A stretch of DNA of 64,000 nt from Methanomassiliicoccaceae archaeon (lineage in GTDB: Archaea; Thermoplasmatota; Thermoplasmata; Methanomassiliicoccales; Methanomassiliicoccaceae). The translations under genes were made by a program, and so were the position numbers. The first letter of the stretch is position 1, and every line of letters begins with the position of its first letter. The stretch is taken from the NCBI GenBank assembly GCA_963728405.1, contig CAVSJV010000007.1, positions 160,001 through 224,000 on the forward strand. Reading direction: 5' to 3'. This document shows, piece by piece, positions 49,101-60,114 of the stretch. The notes under the pieces were generated by a model. That model saw nothing but the letters and a program-made list of their open reading frames with translations, made no database searches and was not told the DNA's origin.

Positions 49101-49478
49101 TCACGATGACATCAGCTTGAGGATGGCTTCGGCCGGCTGGCCTCCGCACTCCTTGAGCGCCTTGACCGCCTGTTCCTTGGTGCATCCCGTCTGTCCCATG
49201 ACCAGTTCGATGTCCTCTTCGGGCATTTGGGGGGCTACCGCCGGCTTGTCCGTCTCTCCTTCCTTTCTCACCTGGACGGTGGCCTCTCCGATGACCTGAA
49301 AGGTCTTCTGGCCCTGCATGTCCATGACCGTGACCGCGGCATCCTTGATGACGTATTCCTTGTCCTTGGTCCGGATGATGACCTCTTCCACGCCGTTGAT
49401 ATCCTCGGTAGTGATACCCAGGCGCTTCATGGCCTGCTTCATCTGGCGAGGGTTGACCCCCCTCATACCTGGCATCAT
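49101..49478 (-). CDS. nac: Archaeal nascent polypeptide-associated complex protein
   Basis: NPRQMKQAMKRLGI, FQVIG, EEDIELVMGQTG..A..AL. Confidence 0.9.
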   Translation of the reverse strand: MMPGMRGVNPRQMKQAMKRLGITTEDINGVEEVIIRTKDKEYVIKDAAVTVMDMQGQKTFQVIGEATVQVRKEGETDKPAVAPQMPEEDIELVMGQTGCTKEQAVKALKECGGQPAEAILKLMSS

Positions 49479-49562
49479 GGTAACAGCTTTGTGATTGTCC
49501 CTAGGTAGTTAAATGTTTTTGATGCAGGGCCGGTGGGAGCGGAAGGGGTTGGGCCAGGCCGA

Positions 49563-50873
49563 TCATTTCCTCTTTCTCATGCCCACCACCACTATCGCGA
49601 CCACGGCTCCGATGATTAGGACCAGGGGCAGTGCGTAATCCGCCGCGTTGTTCGAGGAGGAGGTTCCTCCGGAAGGTGTACCAGTGGTGGGAACCGTAAT
49701 GGTCACCACGTCACTCGAGGGACCTTCTCCCGAAACAAAGAGCGCGCTGACCCGATACGTATAGCTCTCCCCGGCCGTCAGATTGCTATCGACGTACCCG
49801 CTGGACGTAGTCGTGAACACATCGTTCGATCCCCCCGGACCGGTGCGATATACATTGTAACCGATGATCGGAATGTCCGATGTGCTGTTGATCATCGCCC
49901 GTGAAGCGGCCAGGTCTGCGGGGGTCAATGGGAGGAAACCATTCTCCGAAGCGATCTTCTGCCCCCGCTCCGGGCTCAGGACGTAATCGACCCACATCCC
50001 CACTGCCCCATCGGGGGCGCCGTTGGTGTAAAGGTAGTAGTTCCTGGCCAGCCTATAGGTGGAGTTGTAAGCGGCCTCGCGGTCAAGAGGCGATATGGCT
50101 GGGGCGTCGGGAGTGGAACGTATGCTCACCACTTGTACTCCAGAGGTCTGTTCCAGGTACCCGGTACGGATTATCCCTACTCCGCCACTGCTGTTGGCCA
50201 CAGCATCGGCGCAGGCCAGACTGTCCGCCACGAACTGGACGTTCGGGGAGAAGGTGCTGCCTACCATCAGTGAGTTATTGAAGAATAGGTAGGGCGGTCC
50301 ACCCGGCCCGGGGACGTAGGGATTCACGGCCAGATCGGCCCCGCCCACGTCCTTCCAGTTCGTCGCGCTGCCATTGAACACTGCCTTCAGCTGATCGGCG
50401 GTGAGTTCGGTGATGCCAGTCCCCGGGTTGACGACCACGGCAATGCTCTCCACGGCCACCTTGGTCTCTGTCACATTGAGGCCAGCGGCCTGGGCCAGTT
50501 GGGCCTCGTTCGCAGTGATCTTCCGGGAAGCCATGGCCACATCAGAGCGCTTGGCGGCCCATTCTGAGAACGCGATGTTGTTTCCGCCGCCTTTCAGGAC
50601 CATCTTAACGCTTGGATACTCGGGAGCGAAGGAATCATTGATGGCCGACATAAGTACGAACGAGGAATCACAGCCGGTCTGGTTGATCGTACCGGCCGAG
50701 GTGGTGGGCGCCCTCCAGGTGAGGTTGACGCTGCCATCCGCCGCCGCAGCTGAAACACTAACGGGGGTAGGAAGGGCCGGACCGCTCACGCCAAGCGCGG
50801 GAGCCGCCGTCATCAGCATGAATAGCACAACGATCGCTGCCGCCAAAAACGTCCCCTTTCTCACGAGTCTCAC
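49563..50873 (-). CDS. Membrane-anchored PstS-like binding protein inserted within an FN3 domain
   Basis: Signal peptide; FN3 strands (PTPVSVSAAAADGSVNLTWRAP); PstS-like body (DVAMASR, IAVVVNP, ITELT..QLK.VF.G..TNWKDVGG, Y.LAR.YYLYT, GQKI); rest of FN3 (IIGYNVYR...YTYRVSA...GEG); C-terminal TM plus RKRK. Confidence 0.8.
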   Translation of the reverse strand: MRLVRKGTFLAAAIVVLFMLMTAAPALGVSGPALPTPVSVSAAAADGSVNLTWRAPTTSAGTINQTGCDSSFVLMSAINDSFAPEYPSVKMVLKGGGNNIAFSEWAAKRSDVAMASRKITANEAQLAQAAGLNVTETKVAVESIAVVVNPGTGITELTADQLKAVFNGSATNWKDVGGADLAVNPYVPGPGGPPYLFFNNSLMVGSTFSPNVQFVADSLACADAVANSSGGVGIIRTGYLEQTSGVQVVSIRSTPDAPAISPLDREAAYNSTYRLARNYYLYTNGAPDGAVGMWVDYVLSPERGQKIASENGFLPLTPADLAASRAMINSTSDIPIIGYNVYRTGPGGSNDVFTTTSSGYVDSNLTAGESYTYRVSALFVSGEGPSSDVVTITVPTTGTPSGGTSSSNNAADYALPLVLIIGAVVAIVVVGMRKRK

Positions 50874-50942
50874 CGCTCCGTAAGGAACTACGTGAGCCAT
50901 ATGTATAAAAAACAAGGGATGGGAAGGGGTTTGGAATGGAGT

Positions 50943-52289
50943 TCAGAGGAACTTCAGGTACCTCTGGACCTCCCAATCGGTGACGTAGGTCCGGTACTCG
51001 TCCCACTCTTTTCCCTTGATCTTCAGGTAGTGGCTGAAGATGTGGTCGCCCAGAGTCTGCTTGACCAGCTTGCTCTCGGACATGAGCGCGAGGGCTTCGC
51101 CGAGGTTCTCCGGTAGCGAGTCGATGTGGTTGCGGACCCTCTCCTCCTTGCTCATATGGTAGATGTCCTTCTCCACCGGCTCCGGCGGGGTCATTCCGTT
51201 CTCCATGCCCGCCATGCCCGAGGCGAGCATGACCGCGAACTGCAGGTAGGGGTTGCCAGCGGGGTCTGGGTTGCGCAGCTCGATGCGGGTGCGGCCGCCT
51301 CTTCCAGCGGGGACCCTAATAAGCGCGGAGCGGTTCATGTTGGCCCAGGAGATATAGCAGGGCGCCTCGTAACCGGGCACCAACCGCTTGTACGAGTTGA
51401 CGTGGGAAGCCAGAATGGCACAGTTCTCCTTGGAGTATGTTAGCAATCCGCCGAGATACTTGAACGCGTTATCGCTCAAGCCGAACTTTCCCGACGGATC
51501 GTCGAAGTTGTTCTTACCGTTGGTCAGGGCCAGGCTCTGATGGACGTGCATCCCGGAGCCGGACAGGCCATACATGGGCTTGGGCATGAAGCTCGCATAC
51601 AGCCCATGTTGGAGAGCGATCGTCTTCACCGCCAACTTGAAGGTCATGATGCGGTCGGCGACGGTCAAAGCGTCGTTATATCGCATATCCACTTCGTGCT
51701 GCCCAGGAGCAACCTCGTGGTGTGAGGCCTCGCAGTCGAACCCCATCTCATCCAGGTTGAGCATGATATCCTTTCTGACCTCCTCGCCCTTGTCTAGAGC
51801 CATGAGGTCGAAGTAGCCCGCCGAATCTGATGGCGCCGCCACCGGGTTTCCCTGGGCGTCGAGGTTGAAGAGGAAGAACTCGAACTCCGGACCCAGATTG
51901 CAGGTATAGCCCTTCTCCTTGGCCTTCTCCACGATCTTCTCCAATACCCACCGGGGGTCGCCTTTGAAGCGGTTCCCGGAGTGGTCGAAGATCTGGCAGA
52001 GCAGGCGGGCGGTCTTGATGCGTCCGGTGCAGGTCCACGGGTAGATCTGGAACGAGGATAGGATTGGCTCAGCCCGCATATCCGACTCCTCGATGGTTGC
52101 ATAACCGAGGATGGAGGAACCGTCGATATACACGCCCTCGTCCAAGGCCTTCTCGATATGCACCGCAGGAAGCGCTACGGTCTTCACTGCGCCAAGGATG
52201 TCGGAGAACTGCATCTCGATGAACTTGACGCCCTTCTCTCTGACCTCCTTGATGATCTCCTGTTTCCGATCTTCTACACTGACAGGCAT
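50943..52289 (-). CDS. glnA: Glutamine synthetase type I
   Basis: DGSSILG, HHEVAPGQHE, FMPKP, SGMHVHQS, NSYKRLVPGYEAP, NRSALIRVP, IELRNPD. Confidence 0.95.
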   Translation of the reverse strand: MPVSVEDRKQEIIKEVREKGVKFIEMQFSDILGAVKTVALPAVHIEKALDEGVYIDGSSILGYATIEESDMRAEPILSSFQIYPWTCTGRIKTARLLCQIFDHSGNRFKGDPRWVLEKIVEKAKEKGYTCNLGPEFEFFLFNLDAQGNPVAAPSDSAGYFDLMALDKGEEVRKDIMLNLDEMGFDCEASHHEVAPGQHEVDMRYNDALTVADRIMTFKLAVKTIALQHGLYASFMPKPMYGLSGSGMHVHQSLALTNGKNNFDDPSGKFGLSDNAFKYLGGLLTYSKENCAILASHVNSYKRLVPGYEAPCYISWANMNRSALIRVPAGRGGRTRIELRNPDPAGNPYLQFAVMLASGMAGMENGMTPPEPVEKDIYHMSKEERVRNHIDSLPENLGEALALMSESKLVKQTLGDHIFSHYLKIKGKEWDEYRTYVTDWEVQRYLKFL

Positions 52290-52359
52290 AGGTGATGATA
52301 TTGCTCGGACGATAATGAGGTTTTCGAATGATCCTATTGGGCTGCTCGATCGTAAGCGA

Positions 52360-53553
52360 TCAGGTTCCGGGGGATTCCAGTGCCTTTCTAAGGGCCACGA
52401 TGGCCGCCACCATCGCCTCTTCCGCCCGGTCGGCCTCCGGTGCGCCCCCGGCAGCGAAACCGGGCTTGCCGCCACCCCTTCCTCCGATCTTGCCAAGGGC
52501 CTCGTTCATCACGGCCACACAGTCAACCCTTATCGACGGAGCGCACGCCACAATGAGCATGAACCTCTCTCCTATCGAGCCCAGGACACAGGCCGCGCCC
52601 TCATTGACGAACTCGTTGGCCGCGTCGGTAAGGGTCTTCCTGTCCATGCTCTCGAAGATACCCGAGTACAATCGTATCCCTCCGATCTCCGACGGTACCA
52701 GGTCGGCTAGGGCCCTGGTCCCGTAGCGCTTCAGCGCAAGCTCCTGCCTTTCCCGTTCCCTGGAGATATTGTCCAGCGCGTTCAGCAGGTCCTGCGGCCG
52801 TGCTCCCAACGCTTCGGCGGCCCGGAGGGCGGACACCGAAAGCTCGACCGCCCTCTGTTTGGCCTTCGGCCCGACCTCGAACTCCACCTCGAAGTCACCG
52901 GCCGGCCGGGCCGAAGTGAACTTAGTGACCAGAACGAGCTCCAGCTCTTTGGTGCTCCGAACATGGATGCCAGCACAGGCCGCCTTGTCGATGGACCCTA
53001 CCTCCACTATGCGGACCTCGTCACCATGGATGCGGTCCAGCTTCACCCGGGCCTCTTGTAGGATGGGGTCATTCCGGCTCACCCACTTCTCGCAGATCGT
53101 CAGGTCGGAATCGATCGCTTCCCTGACCATGGTCTCCGCCTTGGCCACCAGCTCCCAGTCGAGCGCCCCCTTGACCATGACGCTCTTCTTCTCAGGGGTG
53201 ATGGCGATCTTGACCAGTTCTAGCTCAGGAAAGAGCTTGGAGAGGCAGGAAAAGAGCAGGTGCTCGCCGCTGTGCCCCCTCATGAGATCATATCTCCTCT
53301 CCCAATCCACCTCCCCTCGGACCCGGTCCCCGACGATCATTCGGTGGCCGGGGACCTTGTGGAGCACAGCCTGCCCTTCCTGCTTGACCTCGACCACCGG
53401 TGTTCTGGAAAGAACGCCCCTATCGGGCTCTTGCCCTCCCCCGCCAGGATAGAAGGCGGTCTGGTCAAGCGCGACCCAGTCTCCTCGGACCTCGGAAACG
53501 ACGGCATCGAACTCGCGGCAGTAGGGATCGGTCTGGAACAAGCGCCTGGTCAT
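52360..53553 (-). CDS. AlaX-type tRNA editing protein with C-terminal DHHA1 domain
   Basis: LDQTAFYPGGGGQ, HSGEHLL, ACAGIHV, GGRGGG..FA.GG. Confidence 0.85.
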   Translation of the reverse strand: MTRRLFQTDPYCREFDAVVSEVRGDWVALDQTAFYPGGGGQEPDRGVLSRTPVVEVKQEGQAVLHKVPGHRMIVGDRVRGEVDWERRYDLMRGHSGEHLLFSCLSKLFPELELVKIAITPEKKSVMVKGALDWELVAKAETMVREAIDSDLTICEKWVSRNDPILQEARVKLDRIHGDEVRIVEVGSIDKAACAGIHVRSTKELELVLVTKFTSARPAGDFEVEFEVGPKAKQRAVELSVSALRAAEALGARPQDLLNALDNISRERERQELALKRYGTRALADLVPSEIGGIRLYSGIFESMDRKTLTDAANEFVNEGAACVLGSIGERFMLIVACAPSIRVDCVAVMNEALGKIGGRGGGKPGFAAGGAPEADRAEEAMVAAIVALRKALESPGT

Positions 53554-53696
53554 GCTCGATGTACCGCTCGTGCAATTAAAAAGATTAGCGGTGTTCGATC
53601 AGGGCGGATCAGAAAAGCAATCATCGCTGATACCTACTCCTCATTCCTTAAATAATCACATGGTATAAAATCACTCAGATTTAAAGGGGGCTTCCT

Positions 53697-56600
53697 ACGG
53701 TAGTCGAGTTCAGCGATGGCCAGAGCTGGGATCTCTGGAAAGAGGTCATCGACCAGACCAAGGTCTCTATGGCCCTGGTCGATGATGACCATACCATCCT
53801 GGCCACCAGCAGTCGGTTGGGCAATATGGGGGATGTGGTAGGCAAGAAATGCTGCCAGGTCTTTCACTCGCAAGGTGCTGCATCGAAGGATTGCGCCCTG
53901 CGCCGCGCGGCGGGTGGCCAGACTGCAGAAGAGGAGATATTCGATTCGTCAACGGGGAAGTGGTGGAGCATCAAGGTCATCCCCCTGCACTCCAATGGTG
54001 CCAAGAGATATCTGTATCTGATAGAGGATATCACTGCGACCCGCGGCCTGGAACATGGTCTGATGCAGAGCCAGGCAAATTTTCGAACGATATTCGACGG
54101 CGCCGCCGATGCCATGTTCATACTGGACGTCGACGGTACGGCTCTGGTGGTCAACGACGCCGCCTGCGCCATTTTGGGACAGGAACGAGGCGCGTTGATC
54201 GGTCAGACACTGGAGATGTTCGCGCCAAATGGCTCCTGCCCCCTGGTCGAGCAGCATGCCGATATCCTCACCAAGGGATCCGCCCGCATCGAGATGGCCT
54301 ATACCAACTTTGCCGGACGAACTCTCCAGCTGGAGGTCGACCTTCGAATGATGCCCATGGGTGGCCGGATGGTCCTGGTGACCTCGGCCCGCGACATCAG
54401 CGTCCGGAAGGAGACGGAAAAGCGGATGAAACTGAACGAGGAACGGCTCCAGGCACTCTTCGAACAAGCTGGCATGGCCATTGCTCAGATCGATCTGGAT
54501 GGCCGGTTCATGGAAGTTAACGAACAATTTCTGCGGCTGACCGGCTTCCGTCGTCAGGACCTGATCGGAGAGAAAGTTTTCCGTTTCCTCGTTCAGACCT
54601 CTGAGGAGGGGATCGATCGAAGCATCGAACGGTTGCAACGGTCCGAGATAGGGACCCTGGTAACGGAGCGTCAGCTACGAAGAAGTGATAGCAGTCACAG
54701 CTGGGTGAGGATAAACACCTCGGCGGTACGGGAATCGACAGATCGGATCAATTATATCGTATCGATCATCGAGGACATCGATCAAGGCAAGAGGGCGGAA
54801 GAGTCGCTGCGTCGAAGCGAGGCCCGATTCCGGTCCCTGGTGCATAACTCTATGGATATCACCGCGGTGCTCAGCTTGGACGGCGTCATCAGCTACATCA
54901 GTCCCTCATCCCTCCGGTTGCTGGGCTACTCTCCTGAGGAGGAACTGGTAGGTAATAGCCTGTTCTCGCTCCTCCACCCGGAGGACATCGCCAGGGTACG
55001 GTCGACCTTTGATCGCCTGATCAAAGACCCCCTGATCACCGCCGCCCCGGAGTTCCGCTTAAGGTGTGCGGATGGCAGGTACGCGTACTACGAGGGGGTC
55101 GGCACGAACCTATTGGCCGAGCCATCGGTGGCCGGACTGGTCATCAATGCCCGGGACATATCCGAGCGCAAGCGATCTGAAGAGGTGCTCAAGCGCAGGG
55201 ACGAGATCCTGGAAGCGGTCAGCCTGGTCTCCGAGCGATTGATTCGGGGGGCCTCCTGGGAGGACAACATCCAGGACGTCATCGAGACCCTCGGCGAGGC
55301 CACCCAGGTCCACCGGGCCCGCATCTATGAGATGCTGGAAGGTGACCATGGCTCCAAAAACGTATATCTAAGATATGAATGGACCATGCCCAGCTTCAGC
55401 GGAGGTAAGGGGCCGCGCGGGCCAGATGGGTTCGACCTCCGGAAGATGGGGCTCTCCAAGTGGGAGGACACCTTGCTCATCGGCGGCATAGTGCAGGCGA
55501 ACCTGATGGACTTGCACTATCCGGGCCGCGGCCTACTGGAATCACAAGGGGTCCAGTCCATGGTGGTCGTCCCCATCCTGGCCGGTTATGAGCTGTGGGG
55601 CTACATTGACCTGGAGGACATGCTCAGAGAGAGGAACTGGACATCCATCGAGATCGATGCGCTCCGGGCGGCCACCAGCACCCTGGGGTCGGCCATCCTG
55701 AGGGAACGGGCCTCCCGGGACCTGGAGACGGAGAAGGAACGGCTGGCCGTTACCCTCCGTTCGATCGCAGACGGAGTCATCACCACCGACATCCACGGAG
55801 ACATCGTTCTGATGAACAATGCCGCCGAGGAGATGCTGGGCTACACTCAGGCGGAGGTGGAGGGCCAGCCGGTGCGAAGGGTCTTCCGCCTGGTCAAGGA
55901 CGCCCGGACCGGCGAAGCAAACCCCGTCTATCGCGTTCTGAAGAGCGGGGAACGGGTGGAAATGGAATCTCATATAATACTGGGACGGGAACAGTCGAGA
56001 ACCACCATAGAGGATTCCGCCGCCCCCATCAGGGACCGTTCTAGTAGAGTGATCGGGGCGGTGCTGGTGTTCAGGGACGTAACCGCGCGTAAGGCCATGG
56101 AAGAGGAACTGGTCAAATCCCAACGCCTGGAATCGGTGGGGGTGCTGGCTGGAGGGATCGCCCACGATTTCAACAACATCATGACCGCGATCCTTGGCAA
56201 TATCGCTCTTGCCAAGTCCTGGTGCCGACCGGGGGACCGGGTCATGGATAAGCTGATGGAGACCGAGAAAGCGACTCTGCGGGCCAGAGATCTGACCCAG
56301 CAACTGCTGACCTTCTCCAAGGGCGGGGCGCCCATCCGCCAGGCCGCCTCCGTTTCCGAGATACTGCACGACACCATCGATTTCTCCCTAAGCGGTTCCA
56401 ATATACTGCCTCACTATGCTCTGCCGGTCGACCTTTGGGCGGTCAACATAGATCCTGGTCAGATCAGCCAAGTGCTCGACAACCTGATCGCCAACTCCAA
56501 GGACGCCATGCCCGATGGCGGCACCCTGGAGATAGTCGCCCAGAATGTGAAACTGGCCGAGGGAGAGAATCCCGCGGTCGGTTCCGGCAAATATGTAAAG

Positions 56601-57230
56601 CTAAGCCTGCGGGACCAGGGGGTGGGCATTCCGCACGAGAATCTCAACAAGATCTTTGAACCGTATTTCACCACCAAGTCCAAGGGGACCGGACTGGGTC
56701 TTGCAGTTGTATATTCGGTGATCGCCAAACATGAAGGCCACATCGATGTGGAGAGCGAAGTGGGCAAGGGAACGACCTTTCATATACTACTTCCAGCGAC
56801 CCCCGAGAGCGGAGCAGGGCGAAAGGATGGCAAGGAATCGATCATCAGGGGTCAGGGCCGGGTCCTGCTCATGGACGATGAGGAGTTCATCCTTGAGGTC
56901 ACCGGAGAGGTCCTTCGGACCCTGGGTTATCAGGTGGAGCTGGCCAGGGACGGGGAGGAGGCGGTCAGGATGTATCAGACCTCCCTGTCGGAAGGCCGAC
57001 GCTACGACGCGGTGATCATGGACCTCACAATCCCCGGAGGTATGGGTGGTAAGGAGGCGATCAAGGAGCTGTTGAAGATAGATCCCCTGGTTAAGGCCAT
57101 CGTTTCTTCAGGGTACTCCAGCGATGCCACCATGGCCGACCACTGTCGGTTCGGTTTCTCGGGAGTCATACCAAAACCATACAAGATCGAGGATCTGAGC
57201 AGGATAATGAGCGAGACCATCCGGGGCTAA
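53697..57230 (+). CDS. Hybrid histidine kinase (multiple PAS, GAF, HisKA/HATPase, REC)
   Basis: PAS repeats, GAF, LAGGIAHDFNN, N/G boxes (DQGVGI, FTTK.KGTGLGL), MDDE..MDLTIPGG REC; first ATG at 53769, but coding signal extends to ACG 53697. Confidence 0.9.
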   Translation, partial: TVVEFSDGQSWDLWKEVIDQTKVSMALVDDDHTILATSSRLGNMGDVVGKKCCQVFHSQGAASKDCALRRAAGGQTAEEEIFDSSTGKWWSIKVIPLHSNGAKRYLYLIEDITATRGLEHGLMQSQANFRTIFDGAADAMFILDVDGTALVVNDAACAILGQERGALIGQTLEMFAPNGSCPLVEQHADILTKGSARIEMAYTNFAGRTLQLEVDLRMMPMGGRMVLVTSARDISVRKETEKRMKLNEERLQALFEQAGMAIAQIDLDGRFMEVNEQFLRLTGFRRQDLIGEKVFRFLVQTSEEGIDRSIERLQRSEIGTLVTERQLRRSDSSHSWVRINTSAVRESTDRINYIVSIIEDIDQGKRAEESLRRSEARFRSLVHNSMDITAVLSLDGVISYISPSSLRLLGYSPEEELVGNSLFSLLHPEDIARVRSTFDRLIKDPLITAAPEFRLRCADGRYAYYEGVGTNLLAEPSVAGLVINARDISERKRSEEVLKRRDEILEAVSLVSERLIRGASWEDNIQDVIETLGEATQVHRARIYEMLEGDHGSKNVYLRYEWTMPSFSGGKGPRGPDGFDLRKMGLSKWEDTLLIGGIVQANLMDLHYPGRGLLESQGVQSMVVVPILAGYELWGYIDLEDMLRERNWTSIEIDALRAATSTLGSAILRERASRDLETEKERLAVTLRSIADGVITTDIHGDIVLMNNAAEEMLGYTQAEVEGQPVRRVFRLVKDARTGEANPVYRVLKSGERVEMESHIILGREQSRTTIEDSAAPIRDRSSRVIGAVLVFRDVTARKAMEEELVKSQRLESVGVLAGGIAHDFNNIMTAILGNIALAKSWCRPGDRVMDKLMETEKATLRARDLTQQLLTFSKGGAPIRQAASVSEILHDTIDFSLSGSNILPHYALPVDLWAVNIDPGQISQVLDNLIANSKDAMPDGGTLEIVAQNVKLAEGENPAVGSGKYVKLSLRDQGVGIPHENLNKIFEPYFTTKSKGTGLGLAVVYSVIAKHEGHIDVESEVGKGTTFHILLPATPESGAGRKDGKESIIRGQGRVLLMDDEEFILEVTGEVLRTLGYQVELARDGEEAVRMYQTSLSEGRRYDAVIMDLTIPGGMGGKEAIKELLKIDPLVKAIVSSGYSSDATMADHCRFGFSGVIPKPYKIEDLSRIMSETIRG

Positions 57231-57317
57231 TGAGCAATTCTCCGGTCTTCCCTGGTTTCTCGTTCCGTAGGCGCCGGAAGGCCAATCGCTATGTACTATC
57301 TCTACCAACGTACTAGC

Positions 57318-57560
57318 ATGCCCTGTTGGAAATGGTTCAACGTGATGCTTGAGGAGGCCGGAGTGGAGGTCACGGAAGAGAACCGGGCGAGGATCGACGC
57401 GGCCATCCAGGAGTATATCAAGGATCGTTCCTCGGTGGGAGCGTGCTCGGTGGTGATGAGGGAGGCGAGCGGTCAGATCGCCAGTGACAAAGCCATGCGC
57501 CGAGAGCTCGTGGAGAAGCTTCAGGAAGCGGCCCGTCCCGTCCATACCATCATAGAATAA
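57318..57560 (+). CDS. Small hypothetical protein
   Basis: MPCWKW...LEEAGVEVTEENRARID; coding-like composition. Confidence 0.6.
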   Translation: MPCWKWFNVMLEEAGVEVTEENRARIDAAIQEYIKDRSSVGACSVVMREASGQIASDKAMRRELVEKLQEAARPVHTIIE

Positions 57561-57673
57561 ATACAGGCTCGCCCATATCAGGATGCTCCAACTGATAGTG
57601 AGGCACTGTTCTCTAGATAAAATTACTTATAGTTAGCTGGTTATTAGACATTTGTCCAGTTTAGGTCGATATT

Positions 57674-58147
57674 ATGCTTGATGAGCTTGACAAACGTATC
57701 ATCGAGGAGCTCTGCATCTCCAGTCAGGGCTCTTACCGCCAGATAGCAAAGAGGTTGGGAGTGCACCCGACCACTCTGATCCAACGGGTGAAGAACCTGG
57801 AGGAACAGGGCATTATCAGGGGTTATCGGGCCAACGTAGACTATCTAAAGCTGGGCTATGAGTTCATGGCTTTGGTACACATCTATACCGAGGGGGATGT
57901 GCTGGACGTCCAAAGCAAGATCAGGGCCATGGATAATGTTCTGGCTATCTTCGATGTCACTGGGGAGTGCGACTCCATCGCTTGGGTGGCATGCAAGAAC
58001 CGGGACCAGTTCTCGGAACTGATCAAGAGGATGCTCACCATCCATGGTATCAAGAAGACCAACACCTATGTCGTCCTCAATATGATCAAGGACCCTTACC
58101 AGTTCATACCGGAACTTAACATAGCCGGCGAGCCCAGGGTGGAGTGA
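57674..58147 (+). CDS. Lrp/AsnC-family transcriptional regulator
   Basis: LDELDKRIIEEL, HTH, RVKNLEEQGIIRGY, DVTGECD. Confidence 0.92.
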   Translation: MLDELDKRIIEELCISSQGSYRQIAKRLGVHPTTLIQRVKNLEEQGIIRGYRANVDYLKLGYEFMALVHIYTEGDVLDVQSKIRAMDNVLAIFDVTGECDSIAWVACKNRDQFSELIKRMLTIHGIKKTNTYVVLNMIKDPYQFIPELNIAGEPRVE

Positions 58148-58284
58148 GATGGCGGCCGGTCGATCGCCTTTGAATTCCACTGTTTCTTCAACGAGCTATC
58201 AAAATAATTGATGGCCCCACACCGAATGATTTATGATGGGGCCACATATTTGGACGATACCGCGACTTTTAGAGAGGTCTGTAA

Positions 58285-60113
58285 ATGATGAGGACACACA
58301 CCTGCGGAGAACTGCGAACCGATCAGCTGGGCAAGCATGTACAGCTGGCAGGCTGGATACGTTTCTCCCGAGACCATGGCGGAGTTCTCTTCTTTGACCT
58401 GGCCGACGCGTACGGCACCACTCAGGTGGTGTACGACCCTGAGGCCATGTCTAGGAAGGGCGACCGCGAGCGCTTGGAAAGGATGCTCAAGTCCTTCGGC
58501 CGAGAGTCTGTAATCTCGGTCGACGGGGTGGTCAGGAATCGTGTCCCTGGGACTGAGGACCCCCGCAACCCTACTGGGCACCTGGAGGTGCTCATCGAGG
58601 ACGCCAAGCTCCTCAACTCTTCCCGACCTCTGCCGTTCGAAGTGGCCGATCAGAAGGGCTCCCAATTGCCGTCCGAGGACCTCCGGCTCAGGTATCGGTT
58701 CCTGGACCTCCGGAGGACCCAAATGGCCAACAACCTGCGCTTCCGCCACCGAGTCATCGCCGCGGCCAGGAACGCGCTGGATTCCGAGGGCTTCGTGGAG
58801 ATCGAGACCCCGGTCCTATGCCGGCAGACCCCGGAAGGGGCGAGGGACTTCATCGTCCCGTCGAGGATCTCCCCGGAACGTTCTACGCCCTTCCGCAGTC
58901 TCCGCAGCTATACAAGCAGATGCTGATGGTCGGTGGAATGGACAAATACTACCAGGTGGCGCGGTGCTTCCGGGACGAGGACTCTCGGGCTGACCGCCAG
59001 CCGGAGTTCACTCAGTTGGATGTGGAAATGTCCTTCGTGGAGGACAAGGACATCCAGCTCTTGATCGAGAAGATAATGTCCAGTGTCTGGAAGTCAGTAT
59101 ATGGCAAGGAACTGATCACGCCGTTCCCACACATTACTTTCTACGACGCCATGCATAGCTACGGCACCGACGCGCCGGACATCCGTTACGATCTCAAGCT
59201 GAACGAGGTGACCGAGATCGTTAAGGTCGCTAACTATGAGATCTTCCAGAGGATCATCGGCAAAGGTGGAAAGGTCGTCTGTATGAAGGTCAAGGCGGAC
59301 CTCATGCGCCCCACCACCAACGATGACAGCGCGGTTGGACGCAACGAGGTTGACCGGCTCATCGACTGGGCCAAATCCCAAGGCATGGGTGGGCTGACCT
59401 GGATGCGCATGACCAAGGAGGGACTGCAGAGCAATATCGTCAAATACTTCCCTCCGAACGTGACCAAGGAGCTGGAGGTCAAGATGGCGGCAGAGGAGGG
59501 AGACCTGCTGCTCTTCCTGGCCGGTTCGGAGACCGCCGCGCTGAAGGCCGGCGGAGAGCTCCGCCGGAAGCTGGCCAAGGATCTGCGCCTCACCGAGGGA
59601 AAGGACCATCAGTTCGTCTGGCTGGTAGGATGCCCGCTCTTCCAGAAGGACAGCGTCACCGGCCAGCTGGAAGCATTCCACCACGCCTTCGTGAAGCCCG
59701 TGAAGGGCGACGTGGTGGAGGGCGAGGACCTCATGTGCATCGACGGCATGAGCTATGACCTGGTCATGGACGGTTCAGAGATCGGCTCCGGCTCGGTCCG
59801 ATGCCACGACCCCGAGGTCCAGCGCAAGGTGTTCAAGCTGATGGGCTTGTCCGATCAGAAGATCGACACCGACTTTGGGTTCTTCCTGGAGGCCCTTGGA
59901 TATGGCGCCCCGCCCCATGGTGGTATCGCCTTAGGCATCGATCGCTTGGTAGCTTTGATGCTGGGATGCGAGACCATCCGCGAGGTGATCGCCTTCCCCA
60001 AGAACAAGAAGTTCCAGTCCCCTATGGATGGGGCGCCTGCCAAGGTAGAGGAGGCCAAGCTCTCCGAGCTTCAGCTTCTATGCCTGGCCGAAGAGGAAGA
60101 GAAAAAAGACTGA
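58285..60113 (+). CDS. aspS: Aspartyl-tRNA synthetase, bacterial type with GAD insertion (apparent one-base frameshift near 58870)
   Basis: RTHTCGEL, RDHGG, RLRYRFLDLR, TPEGARDF / FYALPQSPQ, CFRDED.RADRQPEFTQLD, GAPPHGGIALGIDR. Confidence 0.9.
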
Positions 60114-60114
60114 A

